A DNA stretch of 63,465 nucleotides, filler included, from Globobulimina sp. (GCA_003354225.1; 19 parts of 19 records of this genome joined end to end with filler, not necessarily neighbours in it); one strand, 5' to 3'; shown: positions 23,435 through 35,527, numbered from the whole stretch's first letter. Numbers and translations are program-made. Notes: a model not told the origin generated them from the sequence alone.

Positions 23435-26400
23435 ATGTTCCGGATGCGAGCAATTATCGAATTGCATGTTGCGCACTGCGGCAATCCCTTGTGGTGTGAA
23501 GATATTTGAAAAGGTCAAGAACAAAATAATAGGCTCCTTGCGGAAATTCCTCCAGATCACGTCATCCAAAAATAGCTTAACATGCGTATCATACAATTGA
23601 TGTCCGCCACGAGGTCGAGCCTCCACTAATCCCGCCGGGTATTTCTGTGAGACGCCGATCTGAGCGGACCCAATTTTATTATTCGAGCGCGCATTGACGA
23701 TGGCATGCCGCAGTACATTTTCTCCAATAAAAAAAGCGCCGCGTTCGGCGTCGTGCGACTCGAAATTTTCAATATGCACTCGGTTGCCCCACCAATTGAT
23801 GCCGACGGGACATAAATATGTCCGCGTATTGGAGATGTTCATCCAGGCGTTGACATTGGAGAGATGTCCCATTTTGGTGTCGTGCTGGATTCTTCCCGTA
23901 GTGTACATGTACGCGCCTTCGCTCTCAATGTACGACAATTCGCCGCCGCCATAAAAGCAGGCGCCGCAGCCACTGTCTCCCCAACGAAACCCGGAAGAAT
24001 GCGCCACATTGCCATCAAATTCGAGCGCCGGCCGTTGGTACGGATTTGTATAAGTTTCGCTAAAGTCGTTGCCCAGAAATAGACCCAACGGCGTCAGGAA
24101 ATTAATGAATGCAAAGCCGGACCAACCGCCACTTGCTACATTGCCGACAAATCTGTCATTTATAAATTTAAATATATCGCAAACTCAATAGAAATAATGT
24201 ACAGTACCGGTTATATGTGTTGACTGCATAAAAGGGGGAAGCTGCCACATCGGAGGGGATTAATAACTGTTCCCTTGTAAAGGCGTAGAAATTCGACGTG
24301 GAGGCAAATTGATCGATATATTCCTGCGAGCAGCCACTGCAAATCGTCTCTCCCGAACAGGAGCCGCCCGCGGAATGATGGATGGGGTGGACGTGAGTCA
24401 AGGCGTTGTATGATAAGGTGTTGTTTTCTTCCACTCCGTCTTCGATATACAAACAATGGCCGTAGGAATTATACGAAGTATGCCGAGTGACAGTCATATA
24501 ATGCGTTCCATGCACGGTCACACAGCGAAAGTTTGAGGAATGAACACTGCAATCTCGCACAAAACAATCTGCACAGTTCCCGATCATATGGAAATGGAAC
24601 GGGTAGCGACCCACAACGTTCTGTTGTCCCATATTATAGGTTTCCACGCCGGAATATCTCCCAATCGATGTCGCGAAATTTACTACATTATGGCCGCCAA
24701 ATAAGTCATTACTTTGTGAACCAGAAAAGCGAATATTGCGCGATAATAATAGTACTTCGGCCTGATATTCTATGCCGGCGTAATGATGAAATTCAGTGCG
24801 CGCAGAATCCCCCAAATATAGTACATTTCGTGTGGCCCACTCTGAGTCTCCAATGGCAGCAATAATAAATTCCTCGTTTTGATGATTATATTCGTAATCC
24901 AAAAACACTGAAGTTGTGATGACTATTTTTTGCCCCACTTCCCAGTTCACAGATTCTTGCAAATATATTATATTATCACCAGCATAGACTGAGATAGCCA
25001 ATCTGGTCCAGGTCGGATGAAATTGTTTTCCATGCACATTGATTTCGCCATACGTAGTCACGATACCTTTTGATTTCTTGTTTGGATTTGCGGGGTCTTC
25101 GGCAACATCGCCGGTGAATGAGGTACTTCTGCTGCCTACAAATACGATATTTATATGTGAAAAAAGTCTGCATTCTTCGTTTCCGATATAAATAAAGCCG
25201 CCGTCATTATAGATTTCCTCCACAAACATTGTAATATCAACATCATCGAATACTAAACTGCCACCAGACGGAATATAGATTTTTTGATACGGCCTGGTTT
25301 CCGAATTGGATGTATTTAAGGAACACGATCTGATAATAACAGTCTTATTCTCTGGCAATGTGATCATCGCATCGTCCAAATTCGGTACAATTGCGCTGTC
25401 CCACGTCTCTGAATCGTGCCAATCATACAAAGTGCCCCATAAATGCGGACAATCTATTCTCGGCCATCCGGCTGCCTCCACCTCCTCTAAATATTGCATC
25501 CTCCACTTACTTAATTGCACCAACTCGCCGTCAAACGAAGTAATCGGCTCCTCCCAAGCAACAGAACTAGAATCTCGATTCAATTGTAAATTGCGCAAAC
25601 TCCACGAACTTTCCGTGTTCCATTCGGGAGAGATATTGCCCTCAACATAAAACGCAGCATAACAGCTCTCGCATCCTGGCGTATTATCTTCCACTTTAAA
25701 TTTGAATGTCGCCTCAAAGCTAACCCACTCTGTGGACTGCGTCGAGGGGAATTTCACCCAAACATTGCGCCAATCATTCTCTTCCCCGATATCCCATAAA
25801 ACGACGCCTTGTGATATTGAATCTGCACTTAACTCCACAGCCAATACTTCACGATTCACAGTCAACCAATCGGTCGAACTTCCGTTGTAATGATAGGCGC
25901 CAAACGTCGGCCAATATAGCCAATGTGCACCATAATTATTGGCAAACCAGTATGGATCCAATTTGTCCATATCAAAGAATACGATCCGTATATTATAAGA
26001 TTGCTCCGCTCCGTCTCGCCATTGGTTAGTTGCAGGAGACAGGAAATCAAAACTCACCGTGTACCAAACGTCCGCATGGTCGAAGGAGTTATACAGTTTG
26101 CTGAAGGGAGCTATCTCCATATTGCCGGTGTTGCGATTAATTGATGGGAATAAGGTGGCGTTCCAACCCGCGGACCACCAACAACCACCATCTAAACCCA
26201 TAGCGACTGTGCCCGAGTCCCAATCACATGGTTCCGCCGAGCTATCATAGCCGTAATGATAAGAAAATGTTAATTCTCCAGAAATAAACGATGTGGCGTT
26301 ATAAGAATGGAAATCTGTGATTCCTGAGCCATCATCAGAATTAAATGGATAAATGAAGTAATCCGCAGTTAATCTGTTGGTATCTCTCAATTCAGTGGAG

Positions 26401-26604
26401 AGTGTTGGTGGATTTGGAACTGTCTGAATTAAAGAAAGGTGGTTGCATTTTAAATATATGTCATGTGTTTTCATACTAAACTCCTGGATTTGGCACCGTA
26501 TCGGATGTTGCTGCAGACTCAGGAACGCAAGTTTGCCCAGATATGTAATACACATTTGACAAAAGCAATGACAAAAATATGGAAATTTGAAGTGTTGGTG
26601 CCAT
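23435..26604 (-). CDS. Secreted G8-domain / parallel beta-helix protein (TMEM2/CEMIP/fibrocystin-L-like architecture), 3 exons, 3' partial
   Basis: Signal-peptide exon from ATG 26604; intron 26424-26481; G8 region WHDSETW...GGSLVF...HGKQFHPTWTRLA...WEVGQKIVITTS; QAEVLLLSRNI; GQQNVVGRYPFHFH; CVTVHGT; GHCLYIEDGVEENN; second intron near 24153-24207. Confidence 0.85.
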
Positions 26605-26780
26605 GGTGAACGTTGCTTGGAAATTTAAGGGCTACACTACTATTTTTTTTACCCATCACAATCCTTCAACAATATCTCCTNNNNNNNNNNNNNNNNNNNN
26701 NNNNNNNNNNNNNNNNNNNNNNNNTTAATTAATTAANNNNNNNNNNNNNNNNNNNNNNNNNNNNNNNNNNNNNNNNNNNN

Positions 26781-27407
26781 ACTGATGTACGAGTTCCAAC
26801 GTATATGACTGGGCCAAATATCAAAGCTAACACTGCGACGTCGATAATTGTTGGCAATGTCGATGTATATCCCACGTTTTTAGAATTGGCACAGATTGAT
26901 AATGAGGATAATAAATTAGGTATTGATGGAAAATCGTTTGCATGGAATTTAACGGATGGATATAATAATAGCGATGTTCTAAATAATTGGCGCCAACAAT
27001 ATCTCGTAGAATATCGTGCAACGGGAACAACGTTTTTTTGGATCTGTGGTATTTGGATTCCGGACCCAAAGTCAGGCGCAATATTTCCAGGCGTTACCAT
27101 TGCTCCACCGCAAGGACCACCGGATATGAATGAAACGGGTCCATGGTACGTTAATGACCACGAGAGCTCAAATTTTAGAATGTTGAGAATATTAAATTCA
27201 ACACATAATTTAATGTATGCGGAGTTTGTAAATTTCAATTGGACTCAAAATGATTTGGATAATCCTCAATTTTATGAATTGTATGACTTAAATCAAGATC
27301 CATTCCAAACAAAAAATATTTATAATCAAACGGAATATGCAATGCAATCGCAGTTACATGGAATGTTGGTGGATTATGCTTCTTGTGTCGGTCAAAGTTG
27401 TGTCTAA
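26781..27407 (+). CDS. Sulfatase C-terminal part (N-acetylglucosamine-6-sulfatase-like)
   Basis: DVRVPTYMTGP, NVDVYPTFLELA, DGKSF, WRQQYLVEY, FYELYDLNQDPFQTKNI, terminal CVGQSC. Confidence 0.85.
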   Translation, partial: TDVRVPTYMTGPNIKANTATSIIVGNVDVYPTFLELAQIDNEDNKLGIDGKSFAWNLTDGYNNSDVLNNWRQQYLVEYRATGTTFFWICGIWIPDPKSGAIFPGVTIAPPQGPPDMNETGPWYVNDHESSNFRMLRILNSTHNLMYAEFVNFNWTQNDLDNPQFYELYDLNQDPFQTKNIYNQTEYAMQSQLHGMLVDYASCVGQSCV

Positions 27408-27617
27408 CAAACTTGAATCCTCCTTGCAGTCAATTAATCTTTTAATAATTTAACGGAGTTCAACGATGACTACTTGGTAGAAAATGAAATGGTACAATTT
27501 TTGATAAAAAAACCTTAGGACTTTCTGCGAGTAAACCAAAAAACTGTTCAAGCAGTGATGCGTATGTTATTTATGTTAGCGCTGGTTTTTAATGCATTAA
27601 AATCTACCAATAAATTA

Positions 27618-28281
27618 ATGGGACAACTGGTGATATGGAAAGATTTGAATTTGAAAGGAAGATGTTTGGAGCATGATGATGGTGTATCGGATCGTATTAA
27701 ATTGTGCATCAAAGAGGCTTATGATGGATTGGATGGATTTGTTACTTTGTTTGAAGAGAAAAAAGCAGATAATGTGGTGTCTACTTATGGTGAAATGTGT
27801 ATTTCTGGATATAAAACAATGATGGAGCATATTGATAGCACCGCAGGCTGTAATTTGTATGATTTATAGCTATTTGGCTGCTGATTTTGATGATGTATTT
27901 GGTGTTGAATTCATTGAGGAACGAGTTGATATTTCAAACAAAGCAATTAAGAAACTATTGAATGTAACAGAGTGTCAAAGAGAAGGCAAAAATGATCCAA
28001 TTATTGAACAGGGCAAATTCCAGCAAATAAAATTTTATGACAATGGTAAATGTTCAATTTATTGGGCCGCTAATCTGTTATTTACAGATGAAATGAACAA
28101 AGAATTAGCAAATGTATTGGATACATATCGTGGCAAAGCAAATGGAATTATAACTCATGTATTTTGCCATAAACCATTGCCTCTCCACACAGACAACTTT
28201 GAAGAGGTTATCCCTCCATTTAGAGCTTCAATGTCTTGGACTGATGCATCGGCGATCCACCATTATCGTTCAAAACAGTAA
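27618..28281 (+). pseudogene. DOT1-like methyltransferase broken by a deletion/frameshift at SAM motif I
   Basis: STYGEM...LYDL* (stop 27867-27869); an overlapping frame continues YSYLAADFDDVFGVEFIEER...IEQGKF...YWAANLLF. The expected GSGxG glycine loop is missing. Confidence 0.55.
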
Positions 28282-28334
28282 CATTAATAATAAAGTTTTT
28301 GTGCACTTCAAGTTAAATTGTTTAACAAATAACA

Positions 28335-30026
28335 ATGAGTTCTGTGGTTGTGACATCGAATGAAGGTGAAAAAGGATTTAATTTCGAGAGCTGGGTGAAT
28401 GAGAATGGTTTAAATGATATTAAACATATTTTTATCAAGCATCAAATGCAAACACCTCAGACATTATCTGCGCTGTCATCTTCATTTAAAGATTTTATGT
28501 CTGATCCTGAATTAATTGTTAATCATACATTATTAATATCTGTGGCCATTTCAGCAATGCAAAAATTAGCATCTTTAAATGCAGCCCCTTCAATCATCAG
28601 AGTAAGAATCGCCGAGACTGAGCAAAAAGTGCATGATAAAATTGAAGAAAATATCGAATCATTGGATAAAATGGAAGTAAATTTAAATGTGTTAAATAAA
28701 GAATATCCGCAAAGTCTGGATCGAATAAATAGTGATAAAATAAAACAGATTGAAATGGCAGCACTTAAAGTAAATAAAATATTTAATAATATATCAAATG
28801 TCGTAAAAATGAAAAAAGAAAACATTTTAAATCAAGTAAATAATATGAAAGCAAATTTAAATGATGGCAGTGATGAAAAAGAATGTGATGTAATATTCGA
28901 ATGTAAAAATAAAATAAAAGAGACTGGTAATTTTTTAAAAGAACAATTAAATATTTATCAAGAATTAACATCCTCAAATCACAAAAGACAAGAAAGAAAA
29001 CAGAAAATTAGAAATATTGGCAAAAATATGCAAAATAAATATGATAAAACACAAAAAATATTAAATGAGAATATTAAAAATATAAATAAATTGATAAAAT
29101 ATAATAATCAAACTATTGTTAATATTGATTTTATTTTAAATGACAAAAAATATGCAAAAATTGTAAAATATATTGATGAGATTGGCATTGTTATAAATCA
29201 ACAAATAAATGAAAAACAAGTGCAAAATGAGCATAATAATCAAGTATTTGTTGATAGCGATGATGCAAAAGTTAAGGAATTGACAAATGAGTTAAATCAA
29301 TCTAAAAAAATGGTGAATGCATTAAATCAACAAATAACATCGAAAACAGAAGAAGTAAATGATAAAAATAATGAGAATCGTATGTTGCAACAAGAAAATG
29401 AAGAATTAAAACAAGACTCTGATCGAACCCAAAAAAAGATTAAAAAAATTGAGAACGAGCTGAATGAAATGCGATTAAAAGCAGTTGAATGTGGCGATCG
29501 GTATCAAAGTGAACAAAAAAAATATCAACAACAAAATAATATTTTACAGCAAGACGTAAATGATAAAAGTGATCAAAATGAACAATTAAAACGAGAGAAG
29601 CAATCAAAAGATGTTCAAATATCGGAAATAAGGAAAGAATTAAATGCAGAACAAATATTTTTTAGTGATTTATTGTCGTTTTTGTCATTTGATATTAACA
29701 GTAAATATCGATGGCATTTAAAAGATGATGAAAAAGAAAATGAGGTAAATTTAGGTAAAATATCAAATGATGAAACAGAAATTATTTTTGTTGATGGAGA
29801 AATTAAAGAAAATACTAGTATATTCAAACAAAATATATCAATCCAACCAGCACTAAATCATAAGAATAAGAATGAGATTGTTAAATATATTCACATTTTA
29901 AAACAAAATGCAATTAAAACTTTGCAAAAACAACAATTTAAAACAATAATTGATAAATGGGACACAAATAATTTACAAACTGATGGATATACAATTAATC
30001 AAAATGTAATCACAAAAACAGGTTCA
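28335..30026 (+). CDS. SAM-like N-terminal domain + long coiled-coil protein, 3' partial
   Basis: FESWVNENGLNDIKHIFIKHQM SAM-like start; extensive K/E/N/Q heptad region; open to the linker. Confidence 0.65.
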
Positions 30027-30417
30027 NNNNNNNNNNNNNNNNNNNNNNNNNNNNNNNNNNNNNNNNNNNNTTAATTAATTAANNNNNNNNNNNNNNNNNN
30101 NNNNNNNNNNNNNNNNNNNNNNNNNNAAAAACGAAAACTGTAATTAATCGCTTCGATTTATAAATAAACATACTGGCAACCATAATAAGCAATATACCTT
30201 ACAATTAACATTTCATATTTCTAACCTATTTTCCTTCCTAAAAGTCCTGGAATTCCTAAAAAACGACAATGATTATGAAAAGAAACTGAGCGAGAATGAT
30301 TTTGAAAATATGTATATTCAAAATTAATATATAATGTCTGCTGCTTCTATAGCAGCATTGTGAAGATGTATCATATATGGAATGACATAATAATTAAAGG
30401 ACAACAAAATAATTATA

Positions 30418-31132
30418 TTATTCTTTCAACAAGTTTTTTAATTTTAATTTTAGTTCGCAACAATAATCATCTTTGTTGAAGGCCTTGATCAATTCTCTGA
30501 TTTTTTGGCATTCTTTGTCGTTGCAGTTATGGTTGTTTTTTAACGAATCGATACATGTAACTGTTGTTTCCGAAAGACTTTTCCTTTTAATATCATGTGT
30601 ATCTGCGTCTGAGCTGGAGCGATCTAATAATTTTTCAATTGTTAAATGACCCTTAACAAAACGATCTGGACCACCTTAAATTGAACAAAAAATATAAATT
30701 TCAACGATGATTTTTATGCTGATTTATATAATATAACATACCGTATTTCCACGTTCCTGTATACAGCGATTTATCGTCGTGAAATTTTACTTTCTGCGCT
30801 TTTGTTGCATTGCTTTTAGGTGCACCTGCTTTGATAATCATAATTTGTATTTTTTCCAGTGAATCACCTCTCTTTTTTGCAATCTCTTTCAATACATCTT
30901 GAAATTGTTTGTAATTAATAACTCTCCTTCCTTTTACTTTACATTTTGCAAATAGTAAATCAACATCATTTGCTCCAAATTTACTGTTGACTAATTTCGA
31001 TTGTTTTGTCAATTTAACCAATGTTCTGCCATCTAATTCAGGTCTTGAATGATTTTTCAATTGTTGTGGGGTTTTGCCATATTGTGCATAGGCAGTAAAT
31101 AGTTGTCGTAATGAATCTTCGTTTGCTTGCAT
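30418..31132 (-). CDS. TPPP: Tubulin polymerization-promoting protein (p25alpha/TPPP), 2 exons
   Basis: LDGRTLVKLTKQSKL, DVDLLFAKCK, INYKQF, KFHDDKSLYTG. An intron near 30675-30741 joins YG|GPDRF...LLDRSSSD; stop at 30418. Confidence 0.85.
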
Positions 31133-31170
31133 TGTACTGAATTAACTGTCTGAACACTCTGTTTTGGATA

Positions 31171-31250
31171 AATCTAATAATAAACGCAGGAATCTAATAA
31201 TAAACGCAGGGATCTAATAATAAACGCAGGAATCTAATAATAAACGCATG
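31171..31250. repeat. 4 x 20-bp tandem repeat in a divergent intergenic region
   Basis: (A/G)ATCTAATAATAAACGCA(G/T)G at 31171, 31191, 31211 and 31231. Confidence 0.95.
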
Positions 31251-31353
31251 ATTGTATAATATGTACAATCATAATCACGAATCAGCTGCTGATCAACAGT
31301 ATATGTATATTTATAATTTGTCAAAAAAAAGTTAACAGTTTTTAAACAGTAAC

Positions 31354-32355
31354 ATGGCCGCATCAGAGCAAAAATCAGAAGACGAAAAAAGTGCAATAAT
31401 CAATGATGAAACAATAGAGATAATTGATACACACATTCATTTATGGAATGTGAATACAGCGAAACGTGACTGGTTATCATCAGAAGGTTTAGAAGATATA
31501 AATTGTTCATATGACATTAATAAATATTATTCAATGTACAATAATCAAATAAACCCATATATTTATTTAAAATTTGGTATATTTATGGAAACAGCGGTGA
31601 ATGAGCAATATGTAAATATAGAAATCGATGAAATAACAGCAATTTGTAAGAATCCAAACAATAATTTAAAAGGAATGATTGTTCAAATGGACCCTAATAA
31701 GTCAACCAAACAATTTACGCAAACTTTAAACGAATTGAAAACAAATCCATATATCGTTGGTATAAGAAAGGTATTACTCGATCATGGCTATAAAAACGAT
31801 AAAATACCACAACAATTCATTGATAATTTGCGGATTGTAAGTAATGATAAAGACGTACATTGGCCATTTGATCTTGTTACAAATATTCATTTATTGCGAG
31901 GTGTGGAAGAAATGATAAAATCATTACCAAATATGATATTTGTATTGGATCATATGGGCAATCATCATTCCATTGGCAATGATGATAAATTAAATAAAAT
32001 TTGGAGGGAACAAATTGAGAAATTATCAAAATATAAAAATGTATGTATTAAATTAAGTGCATTGACCGGAGGCCAGCCCGGCTTAAAAGTGACACAAAAA
32101 TGGTCATTTGATGTCGAAAAGGAAAGAGTTGATTTTGTTGTTACACATTTTAATGAAAATAATATTGTGTATGGCTGTGATTGGCCAGTTTCATTGGTTC
32201 CATTGGCAAGAAATGATAGGGATAATTTCTTAAAATTGTGGACTTTAAATTTGTATAATCATTTAAAGAAGAATTATGGAAAGCAATTTTGTGACAAAGT
32301 ATTTGTTGCAAATCCGGCAAGAATTTATAATTTAACATTACCGAGTAAAATATAA
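31354..32355 (+). CDS. Amidohydrolase_2 family lactonase (L-fuconolactonase-like), PTS1-like SKI end
   Basis: IIDTHIHLW, VGIRKVL, FVLDHMG, NVCIKLSAL, YGCDWPV, NPARIYNL; intronless. Confidence 0.85.
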   Translation: MAASEQKSEDEKSAIINDETIEIIDTHIHLWNVNTAKRDWLSSEGLEDINCSYDINKYYSMYNNQINPYIYLKFGIFMETAVNEQYVNIEIDEITAICKNPNNNLKGMIVQMDPNKSTKQFTQTLNELKTNPYIVGIRKVLLDHGYKNDKIPQQFIDNLRIVSNDKDVHWPFDLVTNIHLLRGVEEMIKSLPNMIFVLDHMGNHHSIGNDDKLNKIWREQIEKLSKYKNVCIKLSALTGGQPGLKVTQKWSFDVEKERVDFVVTHFNENNIVYGCDWPVSLVPLARNDRDNFLKLWTLNLYNHLKKNYGKQFCDKVFVANPARIYNLTLPSKI

Positions 32356-32400
32356 TTTGTTTTTTATGTTTTTTTTTTTTAAGCTTGGTTTTAATTTTAA

Positions 32401-33330
32401 ATGGCAGTACAATCACAAAATGCAGTGAGATGGGTTTACGAACAAAACAATAAATGGGTTGATTATGATAACGAAACAACACAGCACATAGAAGCACAAT
32501 TACAACAAGCAATACTTACAAAAACACGCAAACTAATGCTCATAGTAAAATTACACAAAGGACCATTTTTTGGATTAGAAAAAAATAAAAACAAGTATAA
32601 AATTGTAATTTATCTACATAATATTTTATATCCATGCATTGAACGCTCGGTGCAAACTGAAACCCGCCAAAGATCAAAACAAATGATTGGCGTCACACGT
32701 TTTCCAAGCTTAGATTTCCATCGTTCAGTACAAGACGTAGATGCTATTACAAACTATAAATGCAAATATAAATGGTATCTTCCAGTCGAACAAAAGGATG
32801 ATATCGATCAACCGTTACTTAGTAACGGCGACCTCAACCATCCCGAATATGATCCTATAACATCCACTGTCATAGAATTAGCCTACAACGCTGAAAAGCT
32901 GTCCGTCGTATTAAACACTGGGACATTTTCCACAGCAAAACGTAAAAATCTTTTTTCAATCAAATTCAATCATCATTCCATTCCTCCGCAGCTAACACAA
33001 CAGCAACACGTCTCACTCACCGAAATTGAAGAAGCAGAGGTCAAATATGAGCAAATTGAAAGTAAACAACCGCAAATATCCAATGTAGCAATCGATGAAA
33101 TTATGGGTATGATATTTGCTATCAAGCAGTATATGCGTCCCTTATCTATGCGTTACTGGACTCATAAACGTATTTTTTCACCCAACGATCCACTTAAATG
33201 TATTATATGTTTTGGTGAGTTTGAGGACATCAATTTTTTGGAGTATTGGATCCATCGTAAAATGCAAAATAAAGCTAGTGAAGAAACCGCTGTTATTTCC
33301 AGTAAACATATTGCGATACAGTTGAGTCGC
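32401..33330 (+). CDS. Deltex-like WWE-WWE-RING E3 ligase, 3' truncated
   Basis: WVYEQNNKWVDYDNETTQHIE and YDPITSTVIELAY WWE-like motifs; CIICFGEF...AIQLSR start of a RING, then an abrupt GC-rich tail. Confidence 0.65.
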
Positions 33331-33530
33331 TGGGGGCGAGTTTCACATGCAGGACGGGCACAGACAACTGGTNNNNNNNNNNNNNNNNNNNNNNNNNNNN
33401 NNNNNNNNNNNNNNNNTTAATTAATTAANNNNNNNNNNNNNNNNNNNNNNNNNNNNNNNNNNNNNNNNNNNNATATCTGAATTTATCTAAAGCCTAAATA
33501 TTAATTATAAACAGTACAATAATGTTATTG

Positions 33531-34109
33531 TTATGGATAAAAATAAGTATCGCATGACAATAATTCAACACAATGTTGCGCGCCAAACATAGCCACACCG
33601 CATTTATAGAATGCTTCATGCACTTTACAAGCCACACCATATTCTTTGCCATTTAATCCATACCATAATACGAATTGTTTCATATCAAAATATACATCAA
33701 TAATATCACCATTTTTAAACTGATGGCTATATTTCCCACCATTTTTCCCACCATTTTGTAAATTCCCATTTGCATCAATACCATATCCATAGCTTGATTT
33801 TGCAAAATAGTTTTGATTCATTTCTTTCATATTATATTGTGCATATTCGTCAATATAGCAAGTATCCATTATGCCCACTATCAATATACATTTGTTATTA
33901 TAATCATTGATCCGCACTCTCCAATGATACTGTACCTGATTCTCAGTGATTATGCTATTAAATAAATTATACCATCTCTCGATATTTACATTTCTTACAC
34001 GCGCGATTTTGTTGTTTGCCTCCATCAAAACACAATTTGTTTTTCCGATCAATGCTATATCCCAACAATCGAATATATTTTCTACTTTTAAACCATTCCC
34101 TTCATTCAC
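33531..34109 (-). CDS. SPRY/B30.2-like domain protein
   Basis: YHWRVRI, ILIVGI, FKNGDIIDVYFDM, LNGKEYGVA. Confidence 0.7.
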   Translation of the reverse strand: MNEGNGLKVENIFDCWDIALIGKTNCVLMEANNKIARVRNVNIERWYNLFNSIITENQVQYHWRVRINDYNNKCILIVGIMDTCYIDEYAQYNMKEMNQNYFAKSSYGYGIDANGNLQNGGKNGGKYSHQFKNGDIIDVYFDMKQFVLWYGLNGKEYGVACKVHEAFYKCGVAMFGAQHCVELLSCDTYFYP

Positions 34110-34289
34110 TTTCTCGTCGTCCTCACTAATTTATATATAATATATTAGCAATATAAGGCTCACACAAATGCATTTAATGAAATTCAAAAATTCTCGCAGC
34201 AAATCATAGCTATACTGTACTGCTGAAATATTTTTTGCATTTTATTAAACACTCTTTGTCTGAGCCTTATAGTATCATATTATATATAT

Positions 34290-35527
34290 TCACCTCACAA
34301 TCTTTTGTTGCTTGTTATGATACATTGCCTCAATATCGTTATCTGGCTGTTTAAATTCATTAAAACAATCCACCATTTCGTTTGGCATCACATTACTTAT
34401 TTTATCCAATGAATTGGGCGCTGAATGTCTCCGATAACTATCCTCATAAAATTCCCAATTGTCCACCAGGTTCATATTGCTCATGCCCATCTTCATGGTT
34501 TCATGCATCGCATTTATATGATTGGCTAACATGAAATTGTTGATCATCATATGTTTCTGTGCCTGCATCATCTGCTCATCCACACACATTCCGGGCATGG
34601 AGCCTCCTGCAAACATGGCGGTATTCGCTCTGCTTATTTCCATCGCATTGCTTTGTTTGGGCGCTTTAATTGCCATCATATCATTGCCATGGTGTTTCCA
34701 TAAATTTTGTTGAATCATGTTATTAATTTGGCTCTCTGTTAATTTTTCCCATCGCACTGCTTTCAAAATTTTCTGCCATTCATACTGTATATGTTTTGAA
34801 CAAGAAACGTTTGCAATTCGTGATGCAGACAAAAACATATACAAAATAACGTGTTTATATTGTCTGATATATACAAAACCTTTTGTTGTTTATCAGGAGT
34901 ACAAATAATCCAATTTCTGTTTGGTGTTTTTATCTCAATCGTATATTTATGATTAACCCCATATGATTTCCCATTATTTATTAAAATGCATAAGTTTAAA
35001 TCGATTAAACCAAGGAATTCCTTCCGTGTATTATCGATATAATATTTCATCTGTTTATATTTATTTAATGTGAAATGTCTTTGTTTCCATGATTTATTTC
35101 GAAAGCCTAATTTTCTAAGTCGTCCTTCATGGATAATACCACCATATATGACACGTGATAGTTCGGTCAACCACTCGGTATATGATTTGTTATCAGCTGC
35201 ACAAAATATATATGTACGGCCGCTCATTACTAATTGGAAGGTATATTGTTGTGTCGATTTGCATTTACAATTTAAAACTATGAATTTGGATAATATTGTT
35301 TTGTCCTTTTCGTCAATATTGGATAAAATTTCTATACGTCGAACCACAGCAATATCGATTGTGCCACATAAGTGTTGATGTTCGATTGCATCTTTTTTGG
35401 ATTGGTAATATTCCATTTGTTGTTCATATTCATCCAACACAAACCATCGCTCTTTCCATGCTTTGTGTATTTTTCCTTTTTTGCTTAATTTGCCTTCAAA
35501 GGTCTGTGATTTACTGAAGTATGTCAT
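34290..35527 (-). CDS. Tandem PH-domain protein, 2 exons
   Basis: EGKLSKKG...WKERWFVL and EGRLRKLG...WKQRHFTL; intron 34785-34879 (GTTTTG...CAG) joins QQK|YEWQK. Confidence 0.85.

Noticed and set aside
31171-31250. CRISPR array
   Set aside because: Repeats are head-to-tail with no spacers.
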